A DNA stretch of 64,000 nt from Mobula birostris. Taxonomy: Eukaryota. The translations under genes were made by a program, and so were the position numbers. The stretch spans positions 160,982,212-161,046,211 of the forward strand of contig NC_092376.1 in the NCBI RefSeq assembly GCF_030028105.1, given 5' to 3'. Positions 51,727-63,394 of this stretch are shown piece by piece; within the stretch, counting starts at the first letter, position 1; every line of letters starts with the position of its first letter. Below the pieces are notes generated by a model. The model was not told the origin of the DNA. It ran no database searches and saw nothing but the letters and a program-made list of their open reading frames with translations.

Positions 51727-52259
51727 CATATTTATTTGGCACACTTGTATATCTGCTTATTAATGTGAATATTCAATCAGCTAATCACCTGGCAACAACT
51801 CAATGGATAAAAGCATGCAGACGTGGTCAAGAAGTCCAATTATTGTTCAGACAAAAATATCAGAATTGGGAAGAAATGTGATCTAAGTAACTTTGACCAT
51901 GGAATGATTGTTGGTGTCAAATGGGATGGTTTCAGTACCTCAGAAACTGCTGAACTCTTGTAGTTTTCACACATTACAGACTCAGGAGTTTACAGAGAAT
52001 GGAGGTGCAAAGAAGCATTCAGTAAGCTGCAGCTCTGTGGGTGAAAATGCCTTGTTAATGAGAGTAGTTAGAAAATGCCCGGACTAGTAAAAGCTGACAG
52101 GAAGGTGACAGTAACTGAAATATCCATGCATTACAACAGTGGTGTGTAGAAGAGCATCTTTGGATGCACAACACGTTGAACCTTGAAATGGATGGGCTAC
52201 AACAGCAGAAGATCCACACTGGGTTTTACCCTTGTATCTAATTAAGTGTCCATGGAGTG
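51727..52259 (+). mobile_element. Non-autonomous Tc1-like DNA transposon
   Basis: Homologous to 21359-21914; GKKCDLSNFDHGMIVG...SETAELL remnant; right TIR ...GAGTG-TA. Confidence 0.82.
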
Positions 52260-53019
52260 TATATGTACTTTGATAATAAATTTATTTTGAACATTCAATC
52301 TAATCTCTGCAGTTCATTAGTATGTCCACGTACTTTGCTTTCATCTACTCCTCTTTCAAGCTTAATCATCTAAAAATCAGCATGAAATGTTTTAATATCT
52401 AAAATAACCACAGTGAGAAATTTGTTAAAGCTCCAGCTTTCTTGCTACTGCAGATAATTTCCTTGAAACTCTGAATGATATGGGCTTTGCAGATACAAGA
52501 ACAAGTGTACCAGCTCCCACAGGGTATATGGACATCTTAAGGAAGATGGACTCTGAATTCCCAATTCATTCGCAGACAGCATTACACCATGTTTGATGAT
52601 TGAGAAGGGTTTATCAGAAGCAACTGTACTTCTCTTAAAACCTGCACACACTAACGGTATCAAAATTAGGCACAAAGTATACATCCTCACTTCAAAGTTC
52701 ACATATGTGATTTGCCCAATTTGGAAAGTGGGCCACACTGTCAATTTCTGAACAGTGTCCCGTGTTCCATCACTGACTGAGTAAAGCATATCAGTCACAC
52801 TTATACTCTCACCCTCTATTAACAATGCCAAGCAACAAGAATGTATGATCTTTATTTGCTTAACTTTTGCCCTTAATGAAAATGGCTGCCCTTCAGCAAA
52901 TAAGCACATCATTACAGAAGAACAACAACAGTGATCAAATTGCAAACCTGATAAAGGAAAAGTGGAAATAGCTTCTGTCCACATTATTCTCCCTTTTTAT
53001 ATCACAAATCCTCAGAAGA

Positions 53020-53540
53020 CCACATGGCATATGAGCTGAGTTGCACCATTCAGCCCATCAAGCTTGTTCCACTATTCCATCGTGGTTGATTTATTATCCC
53101 TTTCAACCCCATTCTCCAGCCTTCTCACGATAATTTTGATGCCCTTAATAATCAAGAACCTATCAACCTCCGCTTTAAATAAATCTACTGACCATCTATG
53201 GCAATGAATGCTGCAGATTCATCACCATCTGGCTCAAAAAAGTCCTCCTCATCTCTGTTTTAAAGGGATGTCCTTCTATTCTGAGTCTGTGTTCTTTGAA
53301 ATCGGTCAAATATTGCAAGGCCAAGATTGAGTGGATGTAGGGAGAGGTTTCCTGCAGAGAGCGAGTTTTGGACCAACAAAATCCCTCCTCATTCTTCCAA
53401 ATTCCGGCAAGTACAGGCCCAGAGTGATTCGACGCTCCTTTCATTCCTGGGATTATTCTAGTGATCCTCCTCTGGGACCTCTCCAATACCAGCACAGATA
53501 AGGGGCCCATTACTGCTCATAATACTTCAAGTATGGTGTG
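53020..53540 (-). mobile_element. CR1 3' fragment
   Basis: LERSQRRITRIIPGMKG, LRIEGHPFKTEMRR. Confidence 0.8.
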
Positions 53541-54602
53541 CAAGTCCACATTTCCATGCAATTTATATAACCAATGGTTTCCTTTCAATCCTAAAATCCA
53601 TCAATAAAAGCAATTGAGCCAAGACAAGTTTGTCAAAGATTTACAGCATTTGGCGTAATGAGGGTTCTTCCTATCTTGGCTGAGTTATGTCTATCAAGGC
53701 TTTACAACTTGAGAAACCCGGTACCTATGCATTTTCCTAATTCAGATTCACAATAGAATTGCTTTCACAATAGAAGCCTTACTTAATGTTATGGGACTAA
53801 CAGAATGCATTTTTTAAGATGGTTACAGGAGGCATCCATGTATCTGCTTGTCATCTCCTATCCCCATCTTCCAATGTATACATATCACTACTCTACGAAG
53901 ATAAACCACAGGGCACGGAACATGTCTATGACGATCAGTCTTCACTGTGGAAGTAGCAGTGTGCCAGATGTCTGTAAGTGTTAGGGAGCAAGAGTGAGTG
54001 CCATTGCTATTACAAAGGTCATAAGGTGGACAAGTCACCCGGACCAGATGGACTACACCCTAGAGTTCTGAGAGAGGTTGCTGAAGAAATAATGGATGCA
54101 TTGGTCATGATTTTTCAAGAATCACTTGATTCTGGTATGGTGCTGGAGGACTGGGAAATTGCAAACGTCACTCCACTCTTTAAAAAAGGAGGAAGGGGAA
54201 AAAAATGGAAATTATAGGCCAGTTAACCTAACCTCAATGGTTAGGTTAAGTGTTGGAGTCTATTGTTAAAGATGAGGTTTCAGGGTGCTTGGAGTCTAAT
54301 GATAAAATATGCTGAAAGAGAAATCTTACCTGACAAATCTGTTAGAGTTCATCAATGAAGTATCAAGCAGGGTGAACAAAGGAGCGGCAGTGGATGTAAT
54401 TTACTTGAATAAGGTGCATTTGATAAGATGACACACATGAGGCTGCTTAACAAAATAAAATTCTATAGCATTACAAGAAAGATACTGGCATCAATAGAGG
54501 AATGGCTGACAGGCAGGAAGCAGCAAGTGGGAATAAAGGGGGCCTTCACATCAAAGTTGCTGGTGAATGCAGCAGGCCAGGCAGCATTTCTAGGAAGAAG
54601 TG

Positions 54603-54640
54603 CAGTCGACGTTTCGGGCTGAGATCCTTCGTCAGGACTA
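54603..54640 (-). ncRNA. Minimal type I hammerhead ribozyme motif in PLE terminal repeat
   Basis: Reverse strand TAGTC CTGACGA A GGAT CTCA GCCC GAAAC GTC GACTG; core intact, one stem II mismatch. Confidence 0.72.
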
Positions 54641-54914
54641 ACTGAAAGAAGAGCTAGTAAGAGATTTGAAAGTGGGAGGGGGAGGGGGAGATCCAAAATG
54701 ATAGGGGAAGACAGGAGGGGGAGGGATGGAGCCAAGAGCTGGACAGTTGATTGGCAAAAGGGATATGAGAGGATCATGGGACAGGAAGCCCAGGGAGAAG
54801 GAAAAGGGGAAGGGGGAGAAAAACCAGAGGATGGGCAAGGGGTATAGTCAGACGGACAGAGGGAGAAAAAGAAGAGGGAGAAAAAGAAGAGAGAGAAAAA
54901 GAATGTGTGTATAT

Positions 54915-55805
54915 TGTTACGTACCCCGTAACTGGGTTGCCAAACCAGCAGAAATGGATCACTCGGTTGGAGTCTGGATTACTAGAACTAAGAAAGTTTT
55001 ATTAAAGAAACAAGCAACACAGTACTCTAATCAAAAGGATAATAAATGCAACAGTTCAGCAATGATAAACACACATGTACACAGAATTAAGATAACAGGA
55101 TCAATCAAGCTCTATCGTTGTCTAGGGGTAAATGACCAGTTTCAAAGTGACGCAAAGTTCAATTCCATTTAGTTCAGTTCAGTTCGCAGTAATTGCTGCC
55201 GTGGGAGATGGACAGTGTGGGGGAAGGAGACAGAGAGCAAAACGAATGAATATTCAAACGGCTTCCACACAGACCTTTGCAGTCAGCTTTTGGGCGAGCC
55301 CTTTGTGATGTCATCTGAGGTCACCGACCGTGACCTCCTCCATTTCCAGATACGATCGTTTCTCTGCAGTGAACCTGGCACCCAGGCAAGGGTGGACACA
55401 CACCAGGTTCCCGCCGATCGTGCCTTTCCACCCTGTGCGTCTATGGCTCGTCCCGCGACCAGCCGCCAAAACTTCCCACCGACTTGTGAGAGACGCACCG
55501 CTTCCAGGGTCTCGTTACCTTGGGGTGTCGTGTGTGTCTTGCCTTAGCGAACCTGTCCCTTTTTATCCCCCTGCTGGGGTATCGCCTGTCCATCACTTCA
55601 AACAGTTCAGGGTTTAAAGGGGGAGCCGATCTTGACAGCTCTCCTTCTGTTACTCTCTCCCGTCCCTTCATTAACATCTCCAAATGCTGCTCCATTGTTT
55701 TCCTTATCTCTCTCTCTTCTGAAGACAGGTGGCAGACCAACTGCTGATCCCACTGGTGCCAGCACAGGACAGCTAACATCTTAATCTATGTGTATTCTCG
55801 TCACA
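54915..55805 (-). mobile_element. Solo LTR (891 bp)
   Basis: TGTTAC...GTCACA ends; 4-bp TSD ATAT (54911-54914, 55806-55809); minus-strand AATAAA at 54998-55003 and TATA-like GATAAAAA near 55560; many CpGs retained. Confidence 0.8.
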
Positions 55806-57341
55806 ATATAAATAAATAAATACCGGATGGGGTACGGGGGGTGGTGGTGGTGGGGCATTAGCAGAAGTTAGAGAAGTCAATGTTCATGCCATCAGGTTGG
55901 AGGCTACCCAGATGGAATATAAGGTGTTGTTCCTCCAACCTGAGTGTGGCTTCATCTTTACAGTAGAGGAGGCCATGGATAGACATATCAGAATGGGAAT
56001 GGGATGTGGAATTAAAATGTGTGGCCACTGGGAGATCCTGCTTTCTCTGGCGGACAGAGCATAGGTGTTCAGCAAAGCGGTCTCCCAGTCTGCGTCAGGT
56101 CTCGTCAATATATAGAAGGCCACATCGGGAGCACCAGACGCAGTATATCACCCCAGCCGACTCACAGGTGAAGTGTCGCCTTACCTAGAAGGACTGTCAG
56201 GGGCCCTGAATGGTGGTAAGAGAGGAAGTTTAAGGACATGTGTAGCACTTGCCTTTTCTGGTTGGCAGCCAATGACGAGTGGTATTCCTCAGGGGTCAGT
56301 ATTGGGAATGCTACTTTTCACATTGCTTGTCAAAGATATAGATAATGGAATTGGTGGCTTTGTGGCAAAGTTTGAGGATGATATAAAGATAGGTGGAGGG
56401 GTAGGTAGTACTGAGGAAGCAAAGTGATTGCAACAGGACTTAGACAAATTGGAAGAATGGGCAACAAAGTGGAAGATTGAATACAGTGTTGGGAAACATA
56501 TGATAATGCATTTTGGTAAAAGGAGTAATAGTGTAGACTGTTATATAAATGGGGTGAAAGTTCAAGTATCAGAGGTGCAAAGACTCCCAGAAGATTAATA
56601 AAGAAGGCAAATGCAATGTTGGCATTTATTTCAAGGGGAATAGTATATGAAAGCAAAGAGATAATGCTGAGTCTTTATAAGACACTGGTCAGACCGCACT
56701 TGAAGTATTGTCAACAGTTTTGGGCCCTATATCTTACAGGGATGATGCAGAAATCAAGGGGTTAATGTACAAGCAGTGTTTGGCAGCTTTGGGCCCGTAC
56801 TCACTGGAATTTAGAAGAATGCAGGGGATCTCATTGAAACCTACCGAATTTTGAAGGGACTAGATAAGGTGGATGTGGAGAGGATGTTTCCTTTGGTGGA
56901 GATATCCAGAAATAAAGGGCACACCTCAAAATTGAGGGGTGACTTCAGTAAGGAGGAATTTTTTTTAGACGGAGAGTCATAAATCTGTGGAATGTTCTGC
57001 CGCAGACTGCAGTGGAGGCTAAGTTCTAGTGTACATTTAAGGTGGAAATTGATAGTTTCCTGATTAGTCAGGGCGTCAAAGGATATGGTGAGAAGGCAGA
57101 TGCATGGGTTGAGTGGGATCCGGGATCAGCCGTGATGGAAAGGAGAAGCAGACTAGATGGGTGGAATGGCATAAATCTGCTCCCATGTCTTATGGTCTTA
57201 CGACTTATATTCTTTGTAATCTATTAAAAATGATGACTTATTCCCTTTACCAACAACATGTATAGATGTAATGCATATTTTCAACATTTATACTACACCA
57301 AATTACTGAAACTTCAATAGCTTCTTGGAAACATTATCTTA

Positions 57342-57422
57342 CAGGGGTTCCCAACTTGAGGTCCATGACCCCTTGCTTTAATGGTATTGGCCAATGGCAT
57401 ACAAAAGGGTTGAGAACCCCTG
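57342..57422. mobile_element. hAT (Charlie-like) MITE, 81 bp
   Basis: TIRs CAGGGGTTCCCAAC / GTTGAGAACCCCTG; right flank ATCTAGAA fits the NTCTAGAN target preference; left TSD copy is degraded. Confidence 0.72.
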
Positions 57423-58143
57423 ATCTAGAATGATAGGGGCAGCAGGCATGCAGGACTATGAACACTTTAAATTTCTCCCTCATGTTTCAGATCCATTTGA
57501 CCAGGGACTATATTTCCATTCCTTCATCTGAACTGAATCAACATCCTATCGTAGGACTACCTTCATCCTTGCATTATTTTTGGAAGTCAATTCACCATTT
57601 CTGATTCATGCATTAATAGGTAATAAAAGTTATTCTGATCATTAATAGTTAAATCATGTGAATGAATAGAAGAATACCAACAGATAAACAGCATTGATTC
57701 CTTTAGCATCCAGAAACCTACCGATTTCCTTTGAACACAGCCCACATGGCCCTGTTGGATACAGTGTTCTCCAAATTCAAATAATTTTGTGTGAATGAAT
57801 TTCTTTTCATTTCAGTTTTAACTAGCCTACCCCTTAGTATGAGACCCTGATAACCAGACAAGGAAAGCTTCCATCCTGTACCTGTTTGTCAAATTTTTGC
57901 ATATTTTAATGAGATCTCTCCTTAATCTAAACACTACCTACATCTGGTAAGATAGCAGCACGTACGCATGCAGCTGTCTCTTGTGGGCCAAACAAAGGTG
58001 CTTTTTCCCTTGTTAAATGTGCTTTTCTACAGAGCAAGACTATTTTTGAACACAAAATAATCTGCAGATGCTGGGGTCAAAGCAACACTCACAACACGCT
58101 GGAGGAACTCAGCAGGTCAGGCAGCATCCGTGGAAAAAGATCG

Positions 58144-58177
58144 GTCGACGTTTCGGGCCGGAACCCTTCGTCAGGAC
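58144..58177 (-). ncRNA. Minimal type I hammerhead ribozyme, intact core, in PLE terminal repeat
   Basis: Reverse strand GTC CTGACGA A GGGT TCCG GCCC GAAAC GTC GAC: CUGANGA and GAAA boxes, 4-bp stem II, ACGU palindromic stem III, predicted GUC cleavage between 58147 and 58146. Confidence 0.8.
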
Positions 58178-58440
58178 TGTAGAGGGAAGGGGCAGAGGCC
58201 CTATAAAGTAGGTGGGGGGAGGGTGGGAAGGAGAAGGCTGGTAGGTTCCAGGTGAAAAACCAGTAAGGGGAGAGATAAAGGGGTGGGGGAAGGGAGGCAG
58301 GGAGGTGATAGGCAGGAGAGGTGAAGAAAGAATAGGGGAAAACACAATGGGTAGTAGAAGGAGGCCGAACCAAGAGGGTGGTAGGCAGCTGGGGGATGGG
58401 GCAGAGTGACATAGGGATAGGGGAAGGGAGGGGGAGGGAA

Positions 58441-59075
58441 TTACCAGAAGTTGGAGAATTCTATGTTCATACCAAGGGGCTGGAGGCTACCTAGACGGTA
58501 TATGAGGTGCTGCTCCTTCAACCTGAGTTTAGCCTCATCATGGCAGTAGAGGAGGCCATGTATGGACATATCTGAATGGGAGTGGGAAGCAGAGTTGAAG
58601 TGGGTGGCTACTGGGAGATCCCGTCTGTCTTGGCAGATGGAGCAGAGGTGCTCGACGAAGCGGTCCCCCAATCTGCGTCGGGTCTCACCAATGTAGAGGA
58701 GGCAGCACCGGGAGCAGCGGATGCAATAGATGACTCCAACAGACTCAGAAGTGAAGTGTTGCCTCACTTGGAAGTATTGTTTGGGGCCCTGAATGGTGAC
58801 AAGAGAGGAGGTGTAGGGACAGGTGTAGCACTTGCGCTTACAGGGATAAGTGCCAGGTGGGAGATTCGTGGGGAGGGACGTGCGGATAAGGGATTCACGG
58901 AGGGACCGATCCCTGCGGAAAGCGGAGAGGGGTGGAGAGGGAAAGGTGTGCTTAGTGGTGGGGTCCTGTTGAAGGTGGCGGAAGTTGCGGAGGATAATGT
59001 GCTGGATCCGGAGGCTGGTGGGGTGGTAGGTGAAGACAAGGGGAACTCTGTCCCTGATGTGGTGGCAGGAGGATG
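58441..59075 (-). pseudogene. PLE ORF C-terminus: linker plus GIY-YIG endonuclease
   Basis: RVPLVFTYHP...AFRRDRSLRESL...PCKRKCYTC...GVIYCIRCSRCCLLYIGETRRRLGDRFVEH...PVATHFN...LGSLQPLGMN; frame uninterrupted; the ATG at 59109 comes from the inverted repeat. Confidence 0.9.
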
Positions 59076-59228
59076 GGGTCAGGCCGAAAGCTGACCGATC
59101 TTTTTCCACGGATGCTGCCCGACCTGTTGAGTTCCTCCAAGACTATTTTTGACTCCAATAACTTCCACTGCATCAGTGAGCTGCTCATTGTTGGGAGTAG
59201 CCAGCCCAGGTGCTGTAAGAGCTGAGCT

Positions 59229-59295
59229 GTCGGGCCAGGGGACTCAAGCCAGGCCGTCGGGCTGGGGGACTCAAGCCAGGCCGTCGGACCGGGGG
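59229..59295 (+). repeat. 27-bp GC-rich tandem repeat, about 2.5 copies
   Basis: GTCGGGCCAGGGGACTCAAGCCAGGCC / GTCGGGCTGGGGGACTCAAGCCAGGCC / GTCGGACCGGGGG. Confidence 0.8.
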
Positions 59296-61444
59296 TTTTG
59301 AGTCACAGGAGAAGCTGGTTTGGGTTTAGAAGAGCTGACCTGAGAGCAGACCATGTTGTTGCTTGCTACTTGGAGGTACCAGAGTTGGCATGAGAGTAGC
59401 ATGCTGTGAAACCATGAGTGACTGTCTTGGATGTTTCATTTGCGATTGTAAGACCCTGTTGGGCATTAACTGCCGCAGGAAAACAGGTGGCGTGGCAGCA
59501 GTGTCACTTCAGTTGTAACTAGGACTAGGCCTCAATCCTAATGCTTGCATTGTAGCATAACATCCAGGCTCGGTTGTGGGTAGCCTCTCCTCTCGGTGCT
59601 GCCATCCAGGCTGGACTGCTGAAATCGTCAATTTGCAGGACTTGTCACTCAGGGACTTGGACTAAAAATTTGTTTTCTTATGTTCCTTTCTTTCCTTTCT
59701 CGCTATTTTGAATGCATGTATACGTTTCTGCTCCTTGGCCCCTAAGAAGCGCTGTTTCATTCAGCTGCATTCATTAATAGTTTGAATGACAATTAAACTT
59801 GATTTGTTTTCTGATTTGATTAGAGAGCAGAACCCTTGTTACTCAATTTCTCGTCAGAAGGTGGACCCCCCACCCCATGATCTAATCCACTGAGGCTTCA
59901 TTATTACACTGCTTCAACAGCAAATATATCGTCTTTTAGGTTGGGAGACAATATTCTAGGTGTGGATACATCAAAGCCCCTTATAATTGTAATAAAAACT
60001 CTTTACTCGTGTACTCAAATCCTCCAGAAATAGTGTCACTGAACTTGCTAATTGCCTGCACATTAGCTTTCTGCATCTTGTGTACAAGGACATTCAAGTC
60101 ATTTGAACATAAGCTTTTCACAATCTCTCAACAAATATTCCAGAACAGAAAAATACATTCACAAATTACACAAAAGAGTGACCTGAACTTCAAGGAAAAG
60201 TTTAGTGTCAGGAAAGGTGTCACTAGTTGAAAAGGATTACTGGGTAAATCCAGTTCTAAAGGTATTCTTTAATGCATTTATTGTTATTAGTCTCTACTTA
60301 CTCTCGTTTCACGTGGTTCTATACAAAGCAAGTTTTGTGCTGAAATTGGAAACATCCAGCTGATTGAAATATTACATTGGGCTCTATGATATATTAAAAG
60401 CTTCATGCCTTCTGGAATATTTCATTGAGACACATCAGTTTTAGTCACTTACTAATCTTAATTATTTTAAAGTGAAACAGTTGATTAAATTAGTCTCCTT
60501 ATATAGAATTAGAAGGTATTAGAAACAAAAGACAAGTCTGAAAACTTGGCACAAAAAGGGTTCAGAGGAGTCAGGCTTGCTTGGATTATTGGTTTGCCTA
60601 TGAAGCCGAGAGACAGGGGGTTTGGGATATTAGACTTTCTAATCCATTCTTTTGTAAAAACTGCATTCATAAGTGAGTTTGCTCATAATGTTTCTGAAGC
60701 GCAGCTGTTAATTCTGAAATAAAGATAATGAAATGAGCAGACATCTCAACTTCCTAAACCATCACTGTGTGAATTGGATTATAATAAAGAATATCTCAGA
60801 TTCATAAACTGCATAGTTAAATAACTAATTTTGTCAGTAAAATAACATTATTTCTCAGTTAATGTCGGTTTAGTCAGCTTCATCAGAAATGTCAAAATGT
60901 GAATATATTAAAAATAATATGTTCTTTAAAGTTTGAACTTGTATAATACTGAATTGAATTTTTCTTTATCAACATTTATTTTATCCAACCATAACCCCGT
61001 TTATTTCAAACACCTCGCTTAAACAATTAACATTTGCAAATAAACCTCTGTTACTATATTTGTATTTAACTTGCATCTTCAAGACATAAAGCCACAGACT
61101 TTCTTCAGAATCAGTGACTATAATAGATTAGCATACAAAGAACAAAGGCAGTGTGATTGTACAGGGATGAATCAACTAATGTAATCAATAATACTGCAGC
61201 TCCATCAAAACTATCACAAATAAGGATCTTTTACAAGGAATACTTAGGGTTTAGTGTGTGACTGGATTCTGATGGGAAGAACAACAATGTTCAGAGACTA
61301 ACAATGCAAATTATTATTTTATTTTTGGATCAAGATTATGACTGTAATTGCTTTGCCACGATCAAAGATTTAATAGATTGGAACGCTTGGAACTGGATGA
61401 GAAGAGGACTGGTTTATCAAACAATTTATTCCCCATGTAATTGC

Positions 61445-61632
61445 CAGGAGTTCTTGTTTATTCATCAAGGTAAAGGTTACTACTAACATAATTGTACAGA
61501 GTTGCTGTTAATTCAGTAGGGAAAGGTTACTCATTGTGTAACTGGGGAGGCATCTTGTTTATTCAGCAGGGTAAAGGCTACTCATATATAATTATATTTC
61601 ACTCATGTTTATTCAGCAGGGATACTTAACTA
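61445..61632 (+). repeat. Degenerate tandem repeat, about 52-bp period, 4 copies
   Basis: TGTTTATTCAKCARGGTAAAGGYTACT motif recurring near 61455, 61506, 61557 and 61606. Confidence 0.65.
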
Positions 61633-61834
61633 ATCATGGGCTTAAGGAAATTTGCCGAGTCACTACAGTGAGAATCTCATCGCACTAAAATTCCAATGAT
61701 CTCCAATTATCTGGGAATCCTGAACGGCATTTATCTCCGCAGGTAAGATCTGCTATGGTCCCTTGCCAAATACCACAGCCTGAATCCAATGGTCTTAATT
61801 ATTCATCAGGGACTTACTGTGGTTCCCAATCCCC

Positions 61835-62376
61835 TTGTACACACTGGGACTGAGTTCCAATGACCCCTTGAACACGCTGGGACTGAGTTCCAGTGACCAC
61901 GTGAACACGCTGGAAATGAGTTCCAACGATCCTTTGAACACGCTGGGACTGAGTTCCAAGGACCCTGTGAACACGCTGGGACTGAGTTCCAGTGACCATG
62001 TGAACACACTGGGACTGAGTTCCAGTGACCACGTGAACACACTGGGACTGAGTTCCAGTGACCACGTGAACACACTGGGACTGAGTTCCAGTGACCACGT
62101 GAACACACTGGGACTGAGTTCCAGTGACCACGTGAACACACTGGGACTGAGTTCCGGTGACCACATGAACACACTGGGACTGAGTTTCAGTGACCCCTTG
62201 AGCACACTGGAACTGAGTTCCAGTGACCACGTGAACACACTAGAACTGAGTTCCAGTGACCACGTGAACACACTGGAACTGAGTTCCAGTGACCACATGA
62301 ACACACTGGAACTGAGTTCCAGTGACCACGTGAACACACTGGAACTGAGTTCCAATAACCCTGTGAACACGCTGGA
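61835..62376. repeat. 33-bp minisatellite, 16 full units plus a partial
   Basis: Consensus GTGAACACACTGG(G/A)ACTGAGTTCCAGTGACCAC with no indels between units. Confidence 0.97.
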
Positions 62377-63394
62377 GCCCAGCTTTTCAAGTTCCTTTTC
62401 CATTCACTGAGACCCTGTTTCCAAAGTCCCTTTTTACTCATTTGGGGTTCTACGTTTGTAGTTTACATGCTCTCTTTCTGCACTTGAAGCCCAGTTATTG
62501 CACTCTCTTTCAATTTACCTGGTTCCCTGGACAATTTATACCAGACTGCATAACTTCTTAAAAGAAATGCTGAAGCACTAGTAGAAATAGCAAGCAATAT
62601 TCCAGAAAACCTGCTACTGTGGCACGACCAAAGCCTATCAAGGGGTCAGGTTAACTCTGCCATCATTGATCCTCACTCCAAAAATTAGGATCAAAAGCAG
62701 TCTACAGTAACCAGGAAAAAAATAAGCCATCTTTATCATTTGCCACAAAATAACCAATCTCCAAACTACTCTTATGATCACAGTATTTTTGTGGCCAATC
62801 TGACTGAGTTTCTGTTAACTGGCAACATCATTGTATGATTTTTTCATCAATCTTACAATGGAATTTGTACCACCCAAGGTCAGTCCTGCAGTTGTTCCCT
62901 TGCAGACTTTCCTCCCTAATTTTAACTTCCTTAATTTTGCCCCACCACCCACCCACAGTAGGGGCAATTAACCAGGACATCCAAGGGGGTGTGGCAAGAA
63001 ACTCGGAGAAACTGATATGGTCATAGGCTCGGTGGACAGAGGGGGAATTTGGCCAAAGGCAATGCTATAAATTGTCAGAGGTAGGTGCTGAGATGGTTTC
63101 TTGTTGGAGATGGTCATTGCAAGTCACTTTTGCAGCACTAATATTGGCACTTATCAGCCCCATGTCTGAAGGTTGTTCAGGATTTTCTGCAGCAATCAGT
63201 GGATTGATTCTATTGATGTCATTGACTTCAATTTAACAAAAGGTTCTTTGATGTTTTACTCAGTCACATTCAGTCTTCTTCGTCAAGGACAGTCACTTTC
63301 AACTCACCTCTAGAATTTGGCTCTTTGATCCATAGGTGGACTTGGTTATCATGAGCTTTGAATCAGATTGTTCCCAACAAAACTCAAATTAAGA

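Larger units (their letters stand above)
54547..56250 (-). mobile_element. Penelope-like element fragment nested in a CR1 and containing a solo LTR
   Basis: GIY-YIG remnant at about 55858-56250 colinear with 58441-58835; purine-rich UTR; hammerhead terminus; CR1 resumes on both sides with GCCTT duplicated (54542-54546, 56251-56255). Confidence 0.88.
53930..57200 (+). mobile_element. CR1 LINE (RT to 3' end), degenerate, host of the PLE at 54547-56250
   Basis: [48 protein letters not shown]; tail CTTATGGTCTTA near 57190. Confidence 0.88.
58050..59137 (-). mobile_element. Penelope-like element, 5'-truncated, with inverted partial terminal repeat
   Basis: GIY-YIG ORF; perfect 15-bp TSD CAAGACTATTTTTGA at 58035-58049 and 59138-59152; about 59080-59137 is an inverted copy of about 58102-58160. 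Confidence 0.93.

Noticed and set aside
54726-55779. Several 70-150 aa ORFs
   Set aside because: They lie within the PLE UTR and solo LTR and have no recognisable domains.
58576-59094. 172-aa plus-strand ORF
   Set aside because: Antisense shadow of the PLE GIY-YIG frame.
61620-61750. Exon ending at CAG|GTAAGA (61743)
   Set aside because: No open frame from a convincing acceptor and no recognisable peptide.
61835-62376. CRISPR-like array with palindromic repeats
   Set aside because: Spacers are only 12 bp and near-identical rather than unique; no cas genes; vertebrate context.
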